From Methanococcus maripaludis (GTDB lineage Archaea > AGJL01 > Methanococci > Methanococcales > Methanococcaceae), in assembly GCF_002945325.1 (NCBI RefSeq), contig NZ_CP026606.1, positions 630,001-662,000 on the forward strand: a DNA stretch of 32,000 nt, in the 5' to 3' direction. Each line of letters starts with the position of its first letter. Within the stretch, counting starts at the first letter, position 1. Of this stretch, positions 1 to 9,463 are shown piece by piece. A program made the translations under genes and the position numbers. Under the pieces are notes generated by a model. The model did no database searches. It had not been told where the DNA came from and saw only the letters and a list, made by a program, of their open reading frames with translations.

Positions 1-1825
1 CCTGATCGTCAAGTCCATAGTAATAAAGTTCTGCAATTTGGACCCAGTCCTTGGCTTGTGATTCATAATACCATGCTTTATTTTTTCCCTCTATAATTGA
101 ATCCGTATTAGTTAAAGAAATAGCAGTTAACGAATCAATTGCCTTTTGGTAGTAATCAATAGCTTTTTGGTAAGCATTTTCCGAGTCCGTGTCATCTGCA
201 AAATCTCTGTTACTTTCAAGTTCTGCAATTTTTGACAGATAGTCCGCTACATCCCCCTCAAACATTGCCTCTGTTTGTTCTTTTTCTGATGCGGTGAAAT
301 CCCCATCTGCAAGGAAACTATCTATCAATTTTGAGTGGTCTGTAATTACGAAAACATAATTTGACCTAATTGTTATTCGAGGCTTTGAAATAGCCCATAC
401 TGGAAAAGACCTATCAGGATTATCTTCGGTTTGATATATTCTTCCTGAAACTAAAAGGAATGGATATATAGCGACTGTATCCTCATCTGAGTTATAGTCG
501 AGGATCGTGTTAATTACTCCAACCTTTGTAAGGTCCGGTAAAATTCCATCTGATTTTGAATCTGTTGAAATTGTTGAAGTTCCATCTGCATGATAATTAA
601 TTGCAACTAATCTGTAAGATACATTTTGAATTTTCATATCAGTTGAATAAGTATCAAAATATTCAGGATAACCGATAATAGTTACAGAATACCCGGCAGG
701 ATTGTTTAATTCATGAATCATCGAGGATTTAATAGTCATAACAATGTTTGAAGTAGCACCGTTTGCATCGGCCTTAAAAGCAAACATTTCGTCATCGTAT
801 TGATCCCTATATTCAGAACCTAAACCGCCCTCTTTTCCTTTGTGGTCCACGATTCCATCAAGGATTGATTGAGTAGCAGATGTTGTATGCCTATATGAAA
901 TGTAAGATGTGTTCTTCCAGGGGTCATCTTTTCCATCATCGTCATCATCCCATCTAAGAGGCTTATCTTCTTCTTCCTCAGGGGTATGTTCCTCTAAATC
1001 CCATCGGGCCCACTCTGCGTTTTCTTTCCAAACGACTAAATTATGGTTAACTTCGGTGTATATTTCAAAATTTTCTACATCCGCAGTAACAAGAGCGTTT
1101 AAATCATTTAAATCTAAATTTCCGCCCTGAGTCATAACAGCGACTTCCGATGCGTAATCATCAGGAACTTTTAAGATTGCATCAAAAGTATGTTCCTGGT
1201 TTTCAGAAGTAATATTCAAATCAGTTAGTTCATATTTGGATACAACAGTTCCCCCTTGCATAACTTTAAAAGTTACTGAATTTATCTCAGTATGGCCGAT
1301 AACATCTATTGTATATTGATCGTCCCCATAATCGATAACATCTTCGGGGAACATTGAATCTATTGAAGGAGTTTTCACAGTTATTCTAACTGGAAAGACT
1401 GAAAAACCACCTATTTTATCAGGGGCGTTAATTACTTCTTGAACCAATCCCCCAACTTCATATCCTACACAATAATAAGAAACCATATCAGATTTTATCT
1501 CATCTAAAATCCTTTGTGTGGAGTTTGAGGCTTCGATAATTGATTGTTCCTTATCCCCCATTACCGCCTCGGCAGAGGATTGCTCGGTTTCGTTTTGTGT
1601 TCCATTAAACACAATATCTGAGGGCGTATCATCTGTTGTGTTACTTGGCGGTAAATCAACAGTATTTCCACCAGTTAACCAGTCCCATATATCAGTAAAT
1701 AAAGTTCCGGTTCCAGTTCCACCGCCATCATCTATTCCCACATATCCGGTTCCATCCGCAAATACTGAAAATGGAGAAATTAAGACCAGAAAAAGGATAA
1801 ATAAAGATTTAGTTTGTAGCTTCAT
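1..1825 (-). CDS. Large secreted protein, partial (3' end beyond the window); candidate virion surface/structural protein
   Basis: Not in the ORF track because it runs off the left edge. Manual translation from ATG (cat at 1823-1825) reads MKLQTKSLFILFLVLISPFSVFADGTGYVGIDDGGGTGTGTLFTDIWDW..., which includes a signal peptide. The frame stays open to position 1 (about 608 codons). Confidence 0.8.
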   Translation of the reverse strand, partial: MKLQTKSLFILFLVLISPFSVFADGTGYVGIDDGGGTGTGTLFTDIWDWLTGGNTVDLPPSNTTDDTPSDIVFNGTQNETEQSSAEAVMGDKEQSIIEASNSTQRILDEIKSDMVSYYCVGYEVGGLVQEVINAPDKIGGFSVFPVRITVKTPSIDSMFPEDVIDYGDDQYTIDVIGHTEINSVTFKVMQGGTVVSKYELTDLNITSENQEHTFDAILKVPDDYASEVAVMTQGGNLDLNDLNALVTADVENFEIYTEVNHNLVVWKENAEWARWDLEEHTPEEEEDKPLRWDDDDDGKDDPWKNTSYISYRHTTSATQSILDGIVDHKGKEGGLGSEYRDQYDDEMFAFKADANGATSNIVMTIKSSMIHELNNPAGYSVTIIGYPEYFDTYSTDMKIQNVSYRLVAINYHADGTSTISTDSKSDGILPDLTKVGVINTILDYNSDEDTVAIYPFLLVSGRIYQTEDNPDRSFPVWAISKPRITIRSNYVFVITDHSKLIDSFLADGDFTASEKEQTEAMFEGDVADYLSKIAELESNRDFADDTDSENAYQKAIDYYQKAIDSLTAISLTNTDSIIEGKNKAWYYESQAKDWVQIAELYYYGLDDQ

Positions 1826-2027
1826 CTTGTATCCACCCTAATTTAAGCGATATTTGGTATAATCCCCAAATTACGAAACCACCAAGTAGTGCAGTCAAGT
1901 AAAAAATATTTCCTTCAAGAGTTGCAGGTCCTGAATTGTAAGATTGAGTAATAGTTACTGCATCTGCAGTAACTGAATTCATTAATAATCCAAGGCCAAG
2001 AATGAAAGTTGAAATTTTTAATCTCAT
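1809..2027 (-). CDS. 72-aa small membrane protein (signal peptide plus one TM)
   Basis: ORF with hydrophobic N-terminus and central TM (IFYLTALLGGFVIWGLYQI); overlaps neighbouring genes by a few bases, as in a tight operon. Confidence 0.7.
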   Translation of the reverse strand: MRLKISTFILGLGLLMNSVTADAVTITQSYNSGPATLEGNIFYLTALLGGFVIWGLYQISLKLGWIQDEATN

Positions 2028-4282
2028 TTTTTTCGACCCCCTGGAATTAATGTTGAACCTCCAATAACCATGAATAAAGCTACTAATCCAACAAGTAAAG
2101 GATTATTTTTAGCCATATCGATTATTGTATCGGGACTTATTGAACCGAATGAAATTCCTGAGGGGATTAATGCAGTAATATCGAGCCCTGAAAGGTCAAC
2201 ACCACCAACAGATAAACCAGTCGAATCAATGTTCAATATTATTGATTCCTCAAGAATATTTTCATAAATACCGTTTGAATCTTTTAAATAAACTGTTGCA
2301 GTCAATAAATAAGAGTCAAATGTTAAATTTTCACCAACTGGAACTAACAAAGTTTGTGATTTTGTTACTCCTGGACTTACTGAAAATTCAGTTATTGAAG
2401 GCTCAGATAAACCATCCCCGGAAATTTCTACTTTATAGTATTGTGGCGATGTAAATAAATTCTGAATATTTACAGATAAACTGGATGCAGTCCCAGGTTT
2501 CCCAGTAATTGTAGTTTGGGAAAACAATATCGGATTTACAACCTCAATATTTAGGTAAGAATTGATTAAATCTCCCGATAGGATTCTTACCCTATAATCT
2601 CCGGTTTCTTCGAAAGTAATTTCGAAATCGTGTGATTCATAACCTGAAAATGCGTAAGAATCAGAATAAACGATATTATTCTCTGCATCTTCAACCTGAA
2701 TCATAACTAATCTATTTTCTCCTTCCGTTTCTGAAATTCTTAAATTATTTGAACCAATGTTCCATTTTGAAGGAACTGTTAAAGTTAATGGCAACTGGAC
2801 AACTTCGTACGTAAAAGACGTATCAGTTACATAACTCTGCCCTAATGTTCCATAACCCATAACACGCATTTGTAAAGCGTTTGTTCCAAGAGTTTCCCCT
2901 GACATAAATTTAATAGTAATATCTGTTGGAACTGATATATCCCCAATTAAATATCCGCCATTTACATACGGTATTTGAGTATTACTTGAATCTCTAACAT
3001 CTAATACCTCTTTTCCTGAAAGATATATCTTAGTTGAACTTGACATAGCTTTTGGGCTAATTGTTACAGTTACAGGAACCTCTGAGTTTTTGAAAGTGTT
3101 AATATCTGTTGGAACTTGTATTGAATACATAACAGATAACGGATAAAACCGGATATCTAATGAATCAAATGATTCATCAATATTTAATGTTCGAGTTTCA
3201 TTCCAGTAGCCTGATTTAACGAATTTAAATAAGTGTGAACCTCTTGGCAATTGCACGGTTTGCCCATTTGAAACCGTATTAACTAATTCATCATCGATAT
3301 ACATCGATACACTCGCTAATCCGCCCTCTGAATTTGTTAATGTTAATTCAACAGGTAAATGAGTTGTTTCCATATCTACTGAAACCGTCAAATCAGAACC
3401 ATCTACAATTACAGTTTGGGTTACGTTATAATAACCATCTTTTAAGAAAGTCAAATAATGCGTTCCGTCAGTCAAATAAGCAGTACCTAAATTATCAAAC
3501 GTACCGAGGGAATTTCCAGAATCAAATACTTCAATTCCATCTACATTTGAATCAAATGTAGCCACATACCGAGCAGGAGGCGTATATATTTCAGATATAG
3601 TAAAATCAGTCCTATTGACTGCGGAGTAAGTACTGTAATCTACATAATCAAATAATACTATTGAAGTAGTTGTTTTTTGATATCCATGTAAGTTAGTCCA
3701 AGCAATTCTCATAGTGCTATCCGCAGGAAAAACAGCCGAATCATAATAATAAGTCGTTGATTCTCCACCCGCATAAAACAACTGAACCCCATTAAGCGAT
3801 ATTTTCAGATAATTTCCACCGGAATAATCAGAATGGACATAAGAATACATATAACCATATTGAGTTTTGGAAGTATCAATATCAAAATCTTGATACATAT
3901 CTGACGCATAAGGAGTGTAAGCCTGACCGTCAATTAATAATACCGTCATAGGAGTTAATATTCCATCAATATATACATCAAAATCCCCATTAAAAGGAAT
4001 AACCTTATTTGTATAAGATACAACGGAACAGAAACGAGCCAAATCGTTTTTAGATGCAAAATACATTTTTGGGCCGTCAATTCCAGTTATGGAAGGTGCA
4101 TAAACACCAAAATCATAAGCGGACATTGTAGAATTTATCAAATCCCAAGTAAGTGTATCATCAGCAAATAAAACATAATAACCAGATGTAGACCCAGTTT
4201 CGGGAATAGTACACGTTACCGCAGAAACAGAACCAATACACCCGATTAAGAGCAATAAAAAAAGGAAAAAAGATTTTTTCAT
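2024..4282 (-). CDS. Secreted, C-terminally membrane-anchored PEGA-repeat protein; candidate spike/major surface protein
   Basis: Signal peptide MKKSFFLFLLLLIGCIGSVSA; PEGA-like units (LTFLKDGYYNVTQTVIVDG, HLFKFVKSGYWNETRTLNID); C-terminal hydrophobic helix NPLLVGLVALFMVIGGSTLIPGGRKK. Confidence 0.75.
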   Translation of the reverse strand: MKKSFFLFLLLLIGCIGSVSAVTCTIPETGSTSGYYVLFADDTLTWDLINSTMSAYDFGVYAPSITGIDGPKMYFASKNDLARFCSVVSYTNKVIPFNGDFDVYIDGILTPMTVLLIDGQAYTPYASDMYQDFDIDTSKTQYGYMYSYVHSDYSGGNYLKISLNGVQLFYAGGESTTYYYDSAVFPADSTMRIAWTNLHGYQKTTTSIVLFDYVDYSTYSAVNRTDFTISEIYTPPARYVATFDSNVDGIEVFDSGNSLGTFDNLGTAYLTDGTHYLTFLKDGYYNVTQTVIVDGSDLTVSVDMETTHLPVELTLTNSEGGLASVSMYIDDELVNTVSNGQTVQLPRGSHLFKFVKSGYWNETRTLNIDESFDSLDIRFYPLSVMYSIQVPTDINTFKNSEVPVTVTISPKAMSSSTKIYLSGKEVLDVRDSSNTQIPYVNGGYLIGDISVPTDITIKFMSGETLGTNALQMRVMGYGTLGQSYVTDTSFTYEVVQLPLTLTVPSKWNIGSNNLRISETEGENRLVMIQVEDAENNIVYSDSYAFSGYESHDFEITFEETGDYRVRILSGDLINSYLNIEVVNPILFSQTTITGKPGTASSLSVNIQNLFTSPQYYKVEISGDGLSEPSITEFSVSPGVTKSQTLLVPVGENLTFDSYLLTATVYLKDSNGIYENILEESIILNIDSTGLSVGGVDLSGLDITALIPSGISFGSISPDTIIDMAKNNPLLVGLVALFMVIGGSTLIPGGRKK

Positions 4283-4294
4283 GTGTTTTCCCCC

Positions 4295-4879
4295 TTATTC
4301 TTTAAATATAATTCCGCAGAACCAAGCACCGATCACTAATAAGCCTATCCAAATGTAATTTTCATACATATTGAAAAATCGAGTAAATTGTTCGGTTAAT
4401 CCATCACCGGTGATAATTCCAACAATAGCCCCATCATCTGAGGAGTCATCTGTTGTATCATCGGTAGTGTTTGTATCATCTAAAGTTGAATCTGTTGTAT
4501 TAGTATCATCAGTAGTTGTATTCTCTTCTACGGTTTCGTTAACCGTATCATCAGTAGTGTTAGTTTCTTCGGTAGTGTTAGTGTCTTCTACGGTTTCGTT
4601 AACAACCGTTTCAATCATAGTTATTGATATTGAGGAATTTTCATCGATAATCTCGAATGTATCCGTTAAATTATCGTATCCATCTTTAACAAAAGTTAAA
4701 GTTACGTTTCCAGCATCTAAAGTGATAGTTTCTGAATTGTTAAAAACTCCAATTGACGCACCATCTTTTATGATGTCTACTTCATCCACGTTTGACGTGA
4801 AAGGAATTGCTAAAGCAGATACAGAACCTACCAATAGCAAAAGCAGTATTCCAAAAATACCAAATTTTTTTACGTTCAT
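4295..4879 (-). CDS. PEGA-like domain plus Thr/Asn/Asp-rich glycosylation-prone stalk plus C-terminal TM
   Basis: Signal peptide; VTLTFVKDGYDNLTDTFEI resembles the PEGA unit of the 752-aa protein; low-complexity NTTDDT... stalk; terminal TM (YIWIGLLVIGAWFCGIIF). Confidence 0.75.
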   Translation of the reverse strand: MNVKKFGIFGILLLLLVGSVSALAIPFTSNVDEVDIIKDGASIGVFNNSETITLDAGNVTLTFVKDGYDNLTDTFEIIDENSSISITMIETVVNETVEDTNTTEETNTTDDTVNETVEENTTTDDTNTTDSTLDDTNTTDDTTDDSSDDGAIVGIITGDGLTEQFTRFFNMYENYIWIGLLVIGAWFCGIIFKE

Positions 4880-4890
4880 ATAACCACCAG

Positions 4891-5265
4891 TTAATCATTA
4901 AGAGCTAATACAATTATTGCAAGTGCATTTACGACCAAAACAGCCTTTTGGAGTGTTGGGTCTGATAAATAGCCTATTGAACCGGCTAAGAATGAATATG
5001 CCAAAAATGAAACTGCACAAACTAAAATAGAGCCAACCTCTTGGGTTTGGTAACTGTATTTGTGGGCATTTCTTCTACCTGAAAGGAGAACCATTGCAAG
5101 ACCTAAAGGTCCGACTATTGTATAGAATGTTTGGCTAACGAATTGAATGTTTAATAACATCATTTTGCCAACCAAACCAAGCATAAAGAGAAAACCGCCC
5201 GTCATTTCGTAACGGTCAATCCTTTTTCCAGCTATAAAGATTTCATCACTCATTTTATCACTCAA
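4891..5265 (-). CDS. Multi-TM small membrane protein
   Basis: ORF with several hydrophobic helices in the same operon. Confidence 0.65.
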   Translation of the reverse strand: MSDKMSDEIFIAGKRIDRYEMTGGFLFMLGLVGKMMLLNIQFVSQTFYTIVGPLGLAMVLLSGRRNAHKYSYQTQEVGSILVCAVSFLAYSFLAGSIGYLSDPTLQKAVLVVNALAIIVLALND

Positions 5266-5644
5266 ATTTCAAAATTGTTAAGCAAACAACGTCAATTATT
5301 AAATATATCATTCCAGTTCCTGAAACGAGTAATCCACCAATTAAAGGAATCTGTCCGATTGTTGCGGTAATTATTGCTTCCGAAAGAGTCAATAATAGAA
5401 CAATCATAGCACAAATTTTTACAGGACCTATTCGTTCAGTTGTTCCAAAGAGAATAGCCCCGATGACAACGCAAGAGGCCCAGCCAAATGTTGAATAAGC
5501 CGATGCAACCAAAGGACCAACACCGGGAATAAAACTCAAGAGATTAATTCCTTGACCTGAAAAAGTAATTACAATCCCAGCGAAATAGAGAAGTAAAGTT
5601 CCTTTTTCTTCGTCAATAAGTCCAAAAAGTTTTTCCTGAGTCAT
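5258..5644 (-). CDS. Multi-TM small membrane protein
   Basis: ORF with several hydrophobic helices; overlaps the previous gene by 8 nt. Confidence 0.65.
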   Translation of the reverse strand: MTQEKLFGLIDEEKGTLLLYFAGIVITFSGQGINLLSFIPGVGPLVASAYSTFGWASCVVIGAILFGTTERIGPVKICAMIVLLLTLSEAIITATIGQIPLIGGLLVSGTGMIYLIIDVVCLTILKFE

Positions 5645-5653
5645 GATATCATC

Positions 5654-5863
5654 TTATTTGTATTTCGAGTATAACAGGTATCCAACAACAGCCAATAATA
5701 TCATAACGGCAAGACTCACGTTATTTGGTTCCCACATACTGAAAAATGGGAACTGCAACAGATAGTTAATAATCTGCAATTTTAAATCTGCAAATGGGGT
5801 AAAACACCCAGCTAACACAAGCAGGACAACTCCGGCAAGTGCGTATTCCTCTTTTTTAGTCAT
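5654..5863 (-). CDS. Two-TM small membrane protein
   Basis: 69-aa ORF with two hydrophobic helices. Confidence 0.6.
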   Translation of the reverse strand: MTKKEEYALAGVVLLVLAGCFTPFADLKLQIINYLLQFPFFSMWEPNNVSLAVMILLAVVGYLLYSKYK

Positions 5864-6087
5864 TTAACCACCAGTTTACCAGTTGGATTTTTAAAAGCAT
5901 ACATAAAGGCAAGAACAACCAAAATTACCGCCCCATATGTCGAAAGTACCTCATACGGAATCCCTGAGAGTAGCGGAAAGCAACTCACAAGTAATGCAGT
6001 AAATTTTTGTTGAACAAGCGAAGTGTTTATCAAAATTCCCCCAGCAAGGAGAAAAATTGAAACCTCGTTAAAATCTACTTTTGACAC
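5860..6087 (-). CDS. Two-TM small membrane protein
   Basis: 75-aa ORF; start overlaps the downstream gene by 4 nt. Confidence 0.6.
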   Translation of the reverse strand: MSKVDFNEVSIFLLAGGILINTSLVQQKFTALLVSCFPLLSGIPYEVLSTYGAVILVVLAFMYAFKNPTGKLVVK

Positions 6088-6225
6088 ACAATTTACACCT
6101 AAAAAATTTTTAAGGACTAAGAAATTTGAGTTCAGGCGATGATTGTTAGTGTCTTAGTCCCATAGTAATAATAATGTAAAAATAGCCTTTTATAGGTCAG
6201 TTTAAACCAGTAAAACAGAGTTTTA

Positions 6226-6281
6226 GAAATTTAGAAAAAAAGAAATTCAGAAAAACAGAAAAACAGAAAAAAAGAAATACT
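6226..6281 (-). terminator. U-rich terminator-like tract downstream of the ATPase gene
   Basis: On the minus strand the tract reads (TTTTTCTG)-like units within a >40-nt pyrimidine-rich run just after the ATPase stop; archaeal termination is oligo-U driven. Confidence 0.5.
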
Positions 6282-6282
6282 T

Positions 6283-6942
6283 TTATTTCTTCTTAGAACC
6301 TAATTTAGCGGATAATTCGACCTTTATATTATCAACAATACGATCGAACTCATCACTTCTGGTATTATGTTCTTTATTTTTCATTTCCATAAAGTATTCA
6401 AAATCAGGGGCCTTAACTGAAAGATTGAATATAGGGGTCATAATCGTTCCTTTTCTTAAAATAGTTGCAGGAATAAAATATTCCCTTATTCTCTTATCTA
6501 CACCCTTTTCTTTTGGAGTTGTAGCAAAAACTAAAGGAATCTCAGTTCTAATGAACTGTAAAAGTTTTCCAAATTCTTTAGAAACTTTTGTTCCAAAATC
6601 CCTGGCATCAAACCATTTTCCGATATCTTCAATAACTAACATGTCGCATCTTCTAAGATCCGCAGGAGATAAAGCTAATACTGTATCATAACCTAATTTA
6701 TCAAAATAATTACATAAAGCAATAGAGTGAGTTGTTTTCCATGAACCTCTTCGTCCAGTTAGTAAAAAGGCAGTATGCCCTTTTATTGGCTTATTCATTT
6801 TCAATATCATTTCGGGGTCTTTTTCCATAATAGAAGGCTTTGCTAAACTATAATCAAATCCCAAAATATTATCTAACTGATGCGAATCTTTGTTACCAAA
6901 ATCATAACTTCCAAACAGGCCCATGTTAACTATAAAACTCAC
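6283..6942 (-). CDS. Zot/AAA-like P-loop ATPase; candidate virion assembly/DNA packaging ATPase
   Basis: Variant Walker A TGRRGSWKTTHS, Walker B-like CDMLVIEDIG, and a RTEIPLVFATTPKEKGVDKRIRE region resembling sensor/arginine-finger segments. Confidence 0.6.
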   Translation of the reverse strand: MSFIVNMGLFGSYDFGNKDSHQLDNILGFDYSLAKPSIMEKDPEMILKMNKPIKGHTAFLLTGRRGSWKTTHSIALCNYFDKLGYDTVLALSPADLRRCDMLVIEDIGKWFDARDFGTKVSKEFGKLLQFIRTEIPLVFATTPKEKGVDKRIREYFIPATILRKGTIMTPIFNLSVKAPDFEYFMEMKNKEHNTRSDEFDRIVDNIKVELSAKLGSKKK

Positions 6943-6945
6943 CTT

Positions 6946-7218
6946 TTACTCTTCTTTATTCATACTAAATTCTTCAAGCATTGCTTGAAACTCTTGCCAG
7001 GTTTTTTCATCCCCAATCATTGAAAGGAGAAGAGGATATTTCACAGGTTCAAAAGCAACAATCCTTTTAGCCCTTTGAACGAGCCAGTATCCATTTAATT
7101 TAGGATTACATCTCGCCATAAAGAACATGAGAACATCGGTATTAGGTGTTAGATTCTCCGGACCCACTATCTGATTGATTAGTTTCCTCATTTCCAGGTC
7201 CATCTCTGGATTCATCAT
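6946..7218 (-). CDS. Hypothetical protein (90 aa)
   Basis: Intact ORF in the operon. Confidence 0.55.
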   Translation of the reverse strand: MMNPEMDLEMRKLINQIVGPENLTPNTDVLMFFMARCNPKLNGYWLVQRAKRIVAFEPVKYPLLLSMIGDEKTWQEFQAMLEEFSMNKEE

Positions 7219-8623
7219 CTATTTTCACATCCATCGATTTATTTTGTTCTTCGGTTTTTTTCAGTAAATCCTTAATATTTCGCATTGCAAGAGGATATAC
7301 ATCTCTCAAGACTTGTTCCATTGCAAGTGCCATAAGTTCTTGAGCTTCAACTCCCATAAGACCGGCTTTTTCATAGTACATACCAGCCCATTTTTTGACT
7401 GATTCGGTTATTTTTCCTAAGTTATCAGATAAAAACACGCATTCCGCAGTCGTTTTATCCATAATACAGGATTTATTTATCCAAATCTCACCGGTTACTT
7501 TGCCTACTTTTCCCATGAATAGAGTTTTTACCCACCTAAATAAATTATAAACCGTTTCTCCTATCGATTTAGATTGTTTAAGTGCTTGTTCAGATTCTTC
7601 AAGGTAATCTATAACTTGATAATCAGTTATAATTTTACATTTTCCTTTATAGTCTTTTAGAGTAGAAACGAAGTTCCATTCATCGACTTCATCATATTCT
7701 ATATGCTTGTAAGTCTTATCGTGCCAAAGCACTCTTTTTTTCTCTCCATCTTGTTCGTATGGAACAGAAATATCGTACACGGTTTTATTTGCAAAATCAA
7801 TACGAATATATGTTAGTAGCTTCTTAGTGTGGACGTAATAAGCCACCCGCGATGCAAGATACGGTATTAGAAAGAGATAGAAGTTATAATAAGACCAGAT
7901 GTATTTAAAATCCCAGGCAAATTTTAACCAGGGAATAGTTAAAGATTTTGAATTAAATACAATAAAATCTTTCCAGGCAGTTGCTTCAAATGGAAAACCA
8001 TACTTATAAAACAAGAATAATAACGCCAATCCCACATTTAAACGAGTAATAGGTAGGATTGATTGTTTAAACCTGATTAATAAGTTTTTTTCGATATATT
8101 TGTTTTTTACATGAAACATGACTAAAACAAACAAGATAATCGAAAGGATTGCACGGTCCCAGCCCATTTTTGAAATGGCCCCTTTTGTTGCATATAACAA
8201 CTCATCGGGTAAATTTCCAGACTGTAAAACATCTTCAATTTGACAGAATTTATTATCATAGAGGAAAATATAATTTATATATCCGTAACTTGTGTATGGA
8301 TTTGTAAAATTATATTTGTGAGTTCCTGTATCTATTCTAACCTCTGAAAACCCCGATGCACCTCTTGTGTATTTGTACTTATATCCATCATAGACAGATA
8401 CCCACTTAGGATTTCCTGAATTAGTTATTTCAAATATCAAGGTCTTAGAAGTCTTATTATAGTAATAAGAATCTATTACCATATCAGAAAATGAAGTTAA
8501 ACTTCCTTTTGTCATATATTCCGCAGTTAACGGATCCGCAGGTTCTATATTTTCCGCATTCACAAAAGGAATGCAGCAAATAATTAATAACAATATTATG
8601 ATTTTATTCGGCATATGTTTCAT
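7142..8623 (-). CDS. Large membrane protein with signal peptide, multiple TM and acidic hydrophilic C-tail
   Basis: ORF 7142..8650; likely start MKHMPNKIIILLLIICCIPFVNA preceded by a GGTAGG-like RBS; TMs around ILSIILFVLVMF, LALLFLFYKYG and FYLFLIPYLA. Confidence 0.65.
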   Translation of the reverse strand: MKHMPNKIIILLLIICCIPFVNAENIEPADPLTAEYMTKGSLTSFSDMVIDSYYYNKTSKTLIFEITNSGNPKWVSVYDGYKYKYTRGASGFSEVRIDTGTHKYNFTNPYTSYGYINYIFLYDNKFCQIEDVLQSGNLPDELLYATKGAISKMGWDRAILSIILFVLVMFHVKNKYIEKNLLIRFKQSILPITRLNVGLALLFLFYKYGFPFEATAWKDFIVFNSKSLTIPWLKFAWDFKYIWSYYNFYLFLIPYLASRVAYYVHTKKLLTYIRIDFANKTVYDISVPYEQDGEKKRVLWHDKTYKHIEYDEVDEWNFVSTLKDYKGKCKIITDYQVIDYLEESEQALKQSKSIGETVYNLFRWVKTLFMGKVGKVTGEIWINKSCIMDKTTAECVFLSDNLGKITESVKKWAGMYYEKAGLMGVEAQELMALAMEQVLRDVYPLAMRNIKDLLKKTEEQNKSMDVKIDDESRDGPGNEETNQSDSGSGESNT

Positions 8624-8948
8624 AAAACAACCTACCATCGTTATTCTCAAAATCTCTCATTATTTCGGAAGAATGAACAGAAACAAGTACATACTGAGGA
8701 ATATTATGTTTTGTAAGAAGTTTAACCTTTAAAGCAAGATGCTTTTTTCTTTTAGTTTGAACTCTTAATCCAAATATACCGCATTTCCAACCTTTTTTTA
8801 AAAGATACTCTTTTAAATCAACTTTTTCTATAACTTCACTCGCTCTCTGTTTAGCAATTTCGACTAAATCCTTATTTTTGACACCGTAAGTAATGTCTGA
8901 ATGGATTATCAGACCGGGGTCTACCTTTGAGGTTTCTGCAATTATCAC
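8604..8948 (-). CDS. Hypothetical protein (114 aa)
   Basis: Intact ORF in the operon; basic central segment. Confidence 0.55.
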   Translation of the reverse strand: MIIAETSKVDPGLIIHSDITYGVKNKDLVEIAKQRASEVIEKVDLKEYLLKKGWKCGIFGLRVQTKRKKHLALKVKLLTKHNIPQYVLVSVHSSEIMRDFENNDGRLFYETYAE

Positions 8949-8966
8949 CTAAAACACCCTAAAAAA

Positions 8967-9161
8967 TTAATAAAACAACGCAGTGTTTATTTCATCTGCA
9001 AATTTACTGATGACGGATTCACACTGCAACATTTTCTTAGGATCAAGCATTTTTCCCTCAGATGAAACTTCAATAATTATAACAACTTTTTCTTTTCTCG
9101 AATCATGTCTAACGGATGAATAAGGCTCTACTGGAGGAAAATTATTTTTCACGACCATCAC
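8967..9161 (-). CDS. Hypothetical protein (64 aa)
   Basis: Intact small ORF in the operon. Confidence 0.45.
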   Translation of the reverse strand: MMVVKNNFPPVEPYSSVRHDSRKEKVVIIIEVSSEGKMLDPKKMLQCESVISKFADEINTALFY

Positions 9162-9217
9162 CCCATTTATGGCTTTTTTGGAACGTCTTTAAACGCTTTT
9201 GATAGTATTAGTATCAT

Positions 9218-9463
9218 TTAATCACTCTCCAACACAGAAACATTAAACGGAACATTCCTTTTGACACATTCTCTTTTCAGCATTGGAGCAACCATTTTTA
9301 AATCAATTACATACTGGCTTAATTCTTCATCCGAAGCTTCAGAAAGTATTCTTTGACGGTCATTCCGACACACATTTGCTAAATAACAGCTTCTGTAAGT
9401 CTTACCAAATTTTTTAATATTCCAAATCACTTTTTTAACAAGTTCAAATCTCATTTTCCTCAC
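9218..9463 (-). CDS. Hypothetical protein (81 aa)
   Basis: Intact small ORF; overlaps the next gene by 4 nt. Confidence 0.5.
   Translation of the reverse strand: MRKMRFELVKKVIWNIKKFGKTYRSCYLANVCRNDRQRILSEASDEELSQYVIDLKMVAPMLKRECVKRNVPFNVSVLESD

Noticed and set aside
909-1841. Plus-strand ORFs at 909..1130 and 1518..1841
   Set aside because: Antisense to the long open minus-strand secreted-protein gene (1..1825); low-complexity Ser/Val-rich translations typical of shadow ORFs.
4371-4883. Plus-strand 170-aa ORF rich in Val/Ser
   Set aside because: Antisense shadow of the Thr/Asn-rich 194-aa gene; composition is the mirror of the repetitive stalk codons.
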